A DNA stretch of 64,000 bases. Source: Octopus vulgaris (lineage: Eukaryota). The stretch spans positions 40,238,001-40,302,000 of the forward strand of contig OX597819.1 of assembly GCA_951406725.2 (NCBI GenBank). Direction: 5' to 3'. Position 1 is the stretch's first letter, and the number at the start of each line of letters is the position of its first letter. The position numbers were made by a program, and so were the translations under genes. The notes beneath the pieces were generated by a model. It had not been told where the DNA came from. It worked only from the letters and a program-made list of their open reading frames with translations, and made no database searches. Shown piece by piece: positions 51,501 to 60,000 of this stretch.

Positions 51501-53997
51501 TTTTCTTCATCAAGAGCCAAGTTTCACATGCATATAGCATTGTGGGCAAAACTTTACTGTTGAAGAAATTGGTGCAAGTTGCCTTGTCTAGGTTCACCTT
51601 CAGCACATCCTTCACCAAGTTGAATGCTTTCCATCCTGCTCTTACCCTTTACAAGATCTCTTTCTTCATCTCTCACCTCATAGTCACTTCTTGTATTGTT
51701 CATACAAATATTAAAATCCTTTTTAACCATTTAGTCAGGGAGGAAAGAGCAGCACCTATGACTTTGTTTCAGGGCCTCTGAATAAGAACAAGTTATCTTC
51801 AAACTGGGGTCCTGGTGTTAAAACTTGTAATAAAGTGAATTCTGCCAAATCTGGTTAGATTCAAGATTAGAATTCTTAGCTTCACCATTTTTTGTGTCTG
51901 ATATGAACTCCTACTCTGTTGTAACCACCACAAGGTCTAGTCATGGTTGTGATGTGGTGGCTTGTGTGCCTCACTAACCCTGAGAGCTATGACAGTGGAG
52001 CACAAGATCCTGGTAAAGCCTCCCATGCTGGACAAATCAAAAGATAGTGGCCAGTCTAATATGGACCACCTCTTCTCATATGCAAAATTAGGTTTGCATA
52101 TGGCTAACATCCCTACATAGAAAGAAAGTTATGGAAGCATCAATGGCAATTCAAAACCAATAAGACTTGGAGAAGACCTTCCCTCAGGGAAGCTTATAAT
52201 GTAGTGCAGCAAAATCCAAAAGGAAGCTGCAAGGCTCCAAAGTTGAAAAAGCAGTGTCCAACTGGAGAGAAGCAGAAACGACAGCCCAGAGATGAGAACA
52301 GTAGAGAAAAGCCATCGATGGCCTATGCACCATCAATGGCCTATGCACCATCAATGGCTCTGCTCTATCAATGGCCTCTGCTCCATCGATGACTTCTGCT
52401 CTATCAATGGCCTCTGCTCTATCAATCGCCTCTGCTCTATCAATCGCCTCTGCTCTATCAATGGCCTCTGCTCTATCAATCGCCTCTGCTCCATCAATGG
52501 CCTCTGCTCTATCCATGGCCTCTGCTCCATTGACAATCTCTGCTCCATCGATAGCCTATGCTCCATCAATGCTTCGTCCATGGCCTATGATCTATCAGTG
52601 GCTTACACTCCGGTTTAAGGAAGTAGTGCTCTGTTGTAAGCATTAAAGCTAGATCTCTAATTTGTGGATACCTCCCTTCTACCAGTCTTAGAAGCTCTGG
52701 AGAGGATTGGGAGTACAGCTTTCTTCACTAAAAGATTAAAAAATAATATAGAAATTTCTTTTGCAGGGTTACCCAAGTGAACTATTACCCATTACAGTGG
52801 CAGGTATACCATCAATGCACATATGCTTTGATTTCATTCCAGAACTTCTCAGCCAACCTCAGATGGAAAAACAAGTAAGTTGACTTGTAATCTGCCTGTT
52901 GCTATTATAATTTTCTTCAACAATATATGATGAGTATAAGGCACTGCGCTGGCAGAATCGTTAGAGAACCAGAGTAAATGCTTTGCTATATTTCTTCTGA
53001 CTCTTTATGTTCTGAGTTGGGTTCAAGTCCCACTGTGGCCAACTTTGCCTTTTATCCTTTCAGGGTCAATAAAATAAAGTACCAGTTAAATACTGTGGTT
53101 GACCAGTTAAATACTGTGGTTGATGGTATCAACTATTCCTTTCACCTCAAAAATGCTGGCCTTGTAACTAAATTAGAAACCATGTTTTACAATTTTCTTT
53201 TAGTATGTTTTATTGTAATTGTTGTTTAACCCCAGGTCAGTTCCAGTTATGATCCTCTCATCTTGTTTATGTTTTGGACACAGTGTATCTACTAAGACAT
53301 TATCCATGTGTCCTTCAGGGGGTGGTTAGCTTGATAGGGTGTGATTTCAAAACAGCATGCTGCTGTTTCTAGCAAGTCAAGCAATAACACAAAGATTTCC
53401 TCATTAGCTTATGTTTTCTCATATGATTAAATTCCATCCATAATTCATTATTTATATTCATTGAGAAATTTCACTAATATTTACTTTTACTGATAGCTTA
53501 TGTAACTCATATTATAGAGTTCTGCTATAATAGCTACCAATTTTGAGTTAAGAGATTTCATGAATGGAAGCAAAGATTATACTGGCATAGAGTTGTTCTG
53601 TCCTTGAATGCTTATCTTATCTCTCTACCATTAATTTTAATTCTAATCCTATCCCAAGTTTTGAGTATGAGAGGTCAGCCGTATTCTTTGAATGGTATTC
53701 ATTTCGTTAAGTTCCTTCCACACATGTGAAAGAAAGTGTGTACTGCATCTGAAGACGCAGAAGCATAAGTAACAACAAACACATTAATTATATTACAATA
53801 ATAGATAACATTGGCATGTTCATATATATATGTATGTATGTGTGTATGCATGTATGCATGCATGCATGTACGTATGTATGTATATAGATATATATGCATA
53901 TTTATATATATGTATTTATGTGCACATATATATATATATGTATTTATTTGCATATATGTATGTGTGTGTGTGTATGTATATATATATATATATACAT

Positions 53998-54030
<33 letters not shown>

Positions 54031-57000
54031 TACATTATGGCTTCCCCTCGTTATCGTGCATGGCCATTGCACGAAGCTTAACTGTTACTGGTGCTGTGAT
54101 CGAATGTGACTTTTTAGCCCAGCCAAAGATCTACAGTGTCTTGTACAGAATTGGCAACTAAAACCTTTACCGGTAATAGCCGGCTGTAGTTGTAACTGGG
54201 ATTCATGTACCTTTGCACATCGTTTAAGTCCTCCTTCCGAATTACACTCTCTTCCACATGCCCAACAGATATGATTAGTATGGTGTGTTACACCACCACC
54301 AGTGGCCAGGTTGTCACTCATCTGTCTCGCTTTATGACTACGAAGATGACTCTTGAGTCCAGCTTTACTGAGACAGGGTCTTGCACAGACACTGCATGTC
54401 AGCATCATAGGAAGACCCTTCCCATCTGGAAGTGTAACAGCGATACCCTTCCTGACATCCCTCCTTACTTTCTCATGTGCCACTCAAGATTTCTCAAAAG
54501 TGGCTGTCCCCTAGTGCACAATCCTTCTCCACCTGCTACGATCAATAGCTATGCCTTCCCATGTGTCAGGAGAGATGCAAGCATCTCTTAAGGAAGCCTT
54601 CAGCAAGTCCTTATACCTCTTTTTTTGTTTATGTGGAGGTCGTTCTCCTTTAGCTAACTCTCCATAAAAGAGTTGATACATACATACATATGTACGTACA
54701 TATGTACATTTCTTTCTCTCCTTCTCCCTTGACTGAACACACCTGTAACTTCTCCTTGATAGCAGTAAGGTGAACAACCTTAAGTTGCAATAATTAATAT
54801 CAGCAAGGCTGTGTTTAACAAGTGCACTTCACAACCACATGATTCTAGATCTGATTCCTTATACAACAACCTAGTCAGAGGATTGTGTTAATTCCAATGT
54901 CTATTTTGACATGGCTTCTACAGCTAGATGCCCTTTGTAGCACCAAGCACTTTACAGAGTGTACTGGGTGCTTTTTTTGTGTCACTGGCACTAATGAAGT
55001 TGTCAAGTAACTTACAAGACAAGATCCCTTGATTGAGGGGAGGGTATAGTATTGAGGGCGGTGGCTTATGCTAGCTCTCAAGAGTCAAGAATATGATAGA
55101 AGAATAGTTACAGGTGTTTTGCTGTAGAGGAATTACATGGCTACCCTTGTTGGAAAAGGAGAGAAGATGGTTTTGATGTGGCTTCAGGACAGAACTTTAA
55201 ACTGTAAATTCAGCTGTAGAGAAGCTACCACATTACAGCACATGGCAGATATTCTTATTTTAGGGTACATAAAAATATATAATCAATCAACAGATTAAGT
55301 AGACAGAAGATGAAGAAGAATGGATTTCATGGTTGATACTCTTTGGAATATATTTACTTTAATCTATGTCTTTACTGTTCTCTATCCCTTGTCTTTTATC
55401 TGAATCTCCTTTAGTTCTCTTCGTTAATAAAAGTGTTTCTTTCTCTTCAAGATGTTTGCTATTGAGCTGGCCAGTCATTTATGCCTTCAATATGCCTTGC
55501 CTAAAGCAATGAACATAGCTCGGGTTATCATCAACATTATGTTTACAGTGCTGGGAGGTGAGTGTGCAAGATTTTAATCATTGTCTTCCTTCTTTTTAAC
55601 TAGCACAATATGTATGACATATGTTTTTTTTTTAATCAAACTATTAGTCATATAACCTAAAATGTGTCTTGTGACTTCACTGCTGATGTATTGGTTAAAT
55701 AATGGAGCATTTTTTAATTACCTTCTTTCAGTTCTTTTTATTTCAGTGTGCATGTTTCTTATTGATCAGTAAATTTTGTCTTTATTTATTGATCTGTATA
55801 CATTTGATATTATTATGTTTGCTAAGTAATTAGTATCTCCTTTCAGATATTGAATACTGAAGTTACTGCACACCTGGCATATCTTATCACGAAAATATAC
55901 AGTGTGTGTGTTAATTCATTCATTTGTTCATTCCCCCACTTTTCTTAGCACAATATATTAAGTTTATTTCTTAATATATTGTGCCTCTCTTGCAGACATC
56001 TTTAATCTTTGAAATCAAGGTATAGTTGCCTTTGAGCTCTCTTGCTGTCAGTGGCACGTTCCACTACAGCAAGCCTTTCTAGATCCTTCCATCTGACATG
56101 GAGTGTATGTGGTCCATCCAGTGGAGACATCATTATTGGAGTTGATCAAAGAGGCTGGGGTCTGAGCACAGTCCAGAACAATTTTGTTGATGACCCAATC
56201 AGTCCATTTGATATCCAGAGTACAACTAAGGTGCAAAGATGGAAGGTGTTCAGCAGACAAAAGTCACTCCTCAACACCTTCAGATCTTTTTGTAGCAAAG
56301 TAGTATGCCGAGGATACAGGCTCTGTAGGCCACAACCTTAATATTACCTCCTTAGCTTATCATTCTCTCAGATTCCCTTTGTCAGACTTGTAAATGTTAA
56401 AGTTATTCTTCAACTTGGTCTGTTGACCTCAGACTTTAGAGACAGGTTCCTCGTGTTGGTAGAACCAAAATATGTAACTATGTCCAACTTGCAATTGTTG
56501 ATGGTAATGACTGAGAGGTGGTACTCCAAATGCTAGTCTTCTTCAGTTTATGATATCATAAACTGAATGTTATCAGGTAACAAAAGATACCTGATATCAT
56601 TCAGGTAACTTTTGTGATATCACTGTTCTTGAGAAGCTGTTCATATGGCATTGTGTTGTTTTTAAAAGTGTGTTTCCAATGCTGCATTATCTATTTCTTT
56701 ACTACCCACAAGGGGCTAAACACAGAGGGGACAAACAAGGACAGACACACGGATGCTGCATTATCTGTGAACATGTTCCTGTTGAATACTTCATATACTT
56801 TGGTTTTCATCCTCATCTGGGTTAGACTGGGTAGCCTTTGTTTGATTCATTATGAAGGTAGACACTGTCATTTGACATCCCAAAAGCATGTTTTAACAGA
56901 ACTATTTCATCTGATAGAAGGGACAAAGGTAAGTGATAGCATCATTTAAAAAGTAGTTCAGGTGGCTGGAACTCATTATCCTAGGAAAGCAGTTTGTCTA

Positions 57001-60000
57001 AGAGAGGGTAAACTGATACTACCTTGTGACTATTTGCATTCATAGGAAAGGCTATTCAGGAGCTGGAGTCCCTAGCCTTAAGAACCAAACCAAATCAGAC
57101 TAGAACTTGGTGCAGCTCTCCAGCTTACCAGCCCTTGTCAATCCATCCAACCCATGCCAACTGGGAAAACAGACGTTAAAGGATGATGATTATCATCGTT
57201 TTTTGTGATATCACTGGAGCTAAGCTATTTGGGGTCTTACCCTTCGCTCTTAACAACAGGAACCATAATTGTGAATAGTTTTATGTTTCACTGTACATTG
57301 AACACTATAGAACCTAAAACTAAGGAAGGGCTTACATACTTTATTCTTTGTGGCTGTGTGATAAGAAGTTTGCTTCCCAACCACATGATTCTGGGTTCAG
57401 TCCCACTGTGTGACACCTTGAGCAAGTGTTTTCTGCTATAGCCCTGGGTTGACCAAATCTTGTGGGTTCATTGGTAGACAGAAACTGAAAGAATCCCATC
57501 ATGTGTGTGTGTGTGTTACTGTCTCCTTGTCTTTACATGGCAGGATAATTGTAAACAAATGTCACTGTAATGTGAAAACATGTCTGGTCATGGGGAAATA
57601 TTACCTTACTTAGAAACAGGTGAAGGTTGCCAACAGGACTGGTATCTGTCTGTTTCAACAAATTATATCTGAGCCATGCCAAGAATGTAAAAGTGGATAT
57701 TTAACCCTTTCGTTACCATATTTATTTTGAGATGCTCTGTGTTTCATTCAATTAATTTTAAATACAACAAAGAATTTAGTAAAAGAACTTAGTTATAATT
57801 CAGCTAGTGTGAGGAACATAAACTATGATTAAGGTTTGGTGGAAGATTTTAATTCAATACTTATGAAAAGAAGACATTTGTACTATAGAGTCACAGCCGG
57901 TTTTGGCCGGGTTGGTATCAAAAGAGTTAAACAATGAGGATAATGACGAAGGTAATGATGATGATGATGGTGATGGTTGTGATGATGATGATGATGTGTG
58001 AAAATTTATCTATTTATGTAATTGTATATTTCTCTATCTATCAAGCCATCTGTTTTTCTTTTGATCTTTTTACATTTGTCCAGCTGTTTACTTTTTCTTG
58101 TGCAAAGGCATATACATATGCATTTAAACATATAAATACTCACACACACACACACACATCAATCTATTTGTCTGTATTCATGGCTTGTGTTTGTCAGGCG
58201 TTATTAAACAATATCAAACTATGCATTTCTCAATCATCATCATCATCATTTAACGTCCGTTTTCCATGCTAGCATGGGTTGGACGGTTCGACCGGGGTCT
58301 GGTAAGCCATGGAGGCTGCACCAGGCTCTAGTCTGATTTGGAAGTGTTTCTACAGCTGGATGCCCTTTCTAACGCCAACCACTCCGTGAGTGTGGTGGGT
58401 GTTTTTTACGTGCCACTGACACAGGGGCCAGAGCAGGCTGGCAAACGGCCATGATCGGTTAGTGCTTTTATGTGTCACCGACATGGGCACCAGTCAGGCG
58501 ATGCTAGTATCTGCCATGTTTGGACGGTGCTTTTTACGTGTCACCGGCTTTCAGATATTATTTTTAAATATATTCAAATATCTGATGATTTAAAATTCAA
58601 GCTGAAAGAATGCAAATTTAAAACCATTCAGTTAGAATAAGGCATGGCTATAGACATAGCCATGGCTGTGTGATTGAGGTGCTTACTTTTCAACTATGTG
58701 GTCTTGTGAGTGGATTTGGTAGATGGAAACTGAATGAAGCCTGTCGTGTGTGTGTGTTGTATTTGCCCCACCACCACTGCTTGACAATTGGTGTTGGTTT
58801 GTTTATGTCCCTGTAACTTAGTGCTTTGGGCAAAAGAGACCAATAGAATCAGTACAAGGCTTTAAAAAAATAAGTGCTGGAGTCATTTTGTTTCAGCTAA
58901 ATCTTTCAAGGCTATGCCTCAGCATGGCCACAGTTCAATGACGGAAGCAAGAAAAAAGAAATATTGAATTCTGTAATTTCTCACCTCTTAGTGAATCAAC
59001 AGAAATTTCGTTGCAGGTATGGCTGTGTGATCAAGCAGTTTGCTTCCCAGTCACATGTATATAAATTTAGATAGATAGATAGAATCATTTGTTCATTCAT
59101 TTAGCATCTGTTTTTCCATACTACCATTGGTTGGACAAGGAAATATTTAAAGCAGGATGTTCTTCCTGTTGCTGGCTCTTACCTCTTTGCCAAGGGATTT
59201 TTTTATTCTACTTGTTTGTACAATTGCTCTTAATGTCAACTGCATGCACACACACACACACACACGCATTCAATTTTTCTTATTTTACTTTTTCAGCCTT
59301 TTCAGCTCACGAGCGTGCTGAATTTCTTATCAAAACTGTTCCGTCATTACTGTTGATATGTCAAGCATTCCCACCATTGTGTGAAGACGTTACCAGCCTA
59401 CTCATGCAAATAGGACGTGTTTGTATTGCAACCCTCAGCTCAACCAGCAATGTCATGCAAACAGGTATGTATCCGACTTTTAATATTGTAGAACAGCTGA
59501 AGGTTTTAAAAGCAAATTATTATTTTTGTTGTTGTTGTTTGTTTGTTGATGGTTTTGTTGTTCATTAGTTCTTAGCCTGTTTTCCTCATGCAGACAGTCT
59601 TTTAAAACAAGAGTTGTCACTTAACCCTTTAGTATTCTGATTATTCTATCAAACATAATGCCTATTGATTCACATTGATTTGAATTAATCATGCATTATC
59701 CCATATCTTCAAGATCTTGATGGTGTAATTACCTAATGTAGAATAACATTGTAGGGTAGGTGTGAGAGCCTGGATCTGGTCAGTTTGAACATAAAACAGA
59801 TTAAATATTTTGGCCGGATATGGCCGGTTTAAATACTAATGGGTTAAACAGTGAAGAGCAACTTATAAATCTTGTATGTTAGCTCTGCTATGTCTGAGTT
59901 GTGTAGCATCTCAGTTTGTCACTGTTGTGCCAGAGTTGACCATGTGATGTGCAGTGTGACATTGCAAACACGTTGCATCTGTTGTGCCATCCAGCATGTC

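Noticed and set aside
52312-52611. CRISPR array or repeat-protein gene
   Set aside because: Head-to-tail 18-mers with no unique spacers, no cas genes, and a eukaryotic intronic location.
53699-54161. ORFs rich in Y/I/C/V/H/T (also 22116-22523 and 15070-15497)
   Set aside because: They are translations of microsatellites.
54085-54483. Host C2H2 zinc-finger gene
   Set aside because: It is contiguous with RTE ORF motifs and a LINE-like 3' end, and lacks TGEKP linkers.
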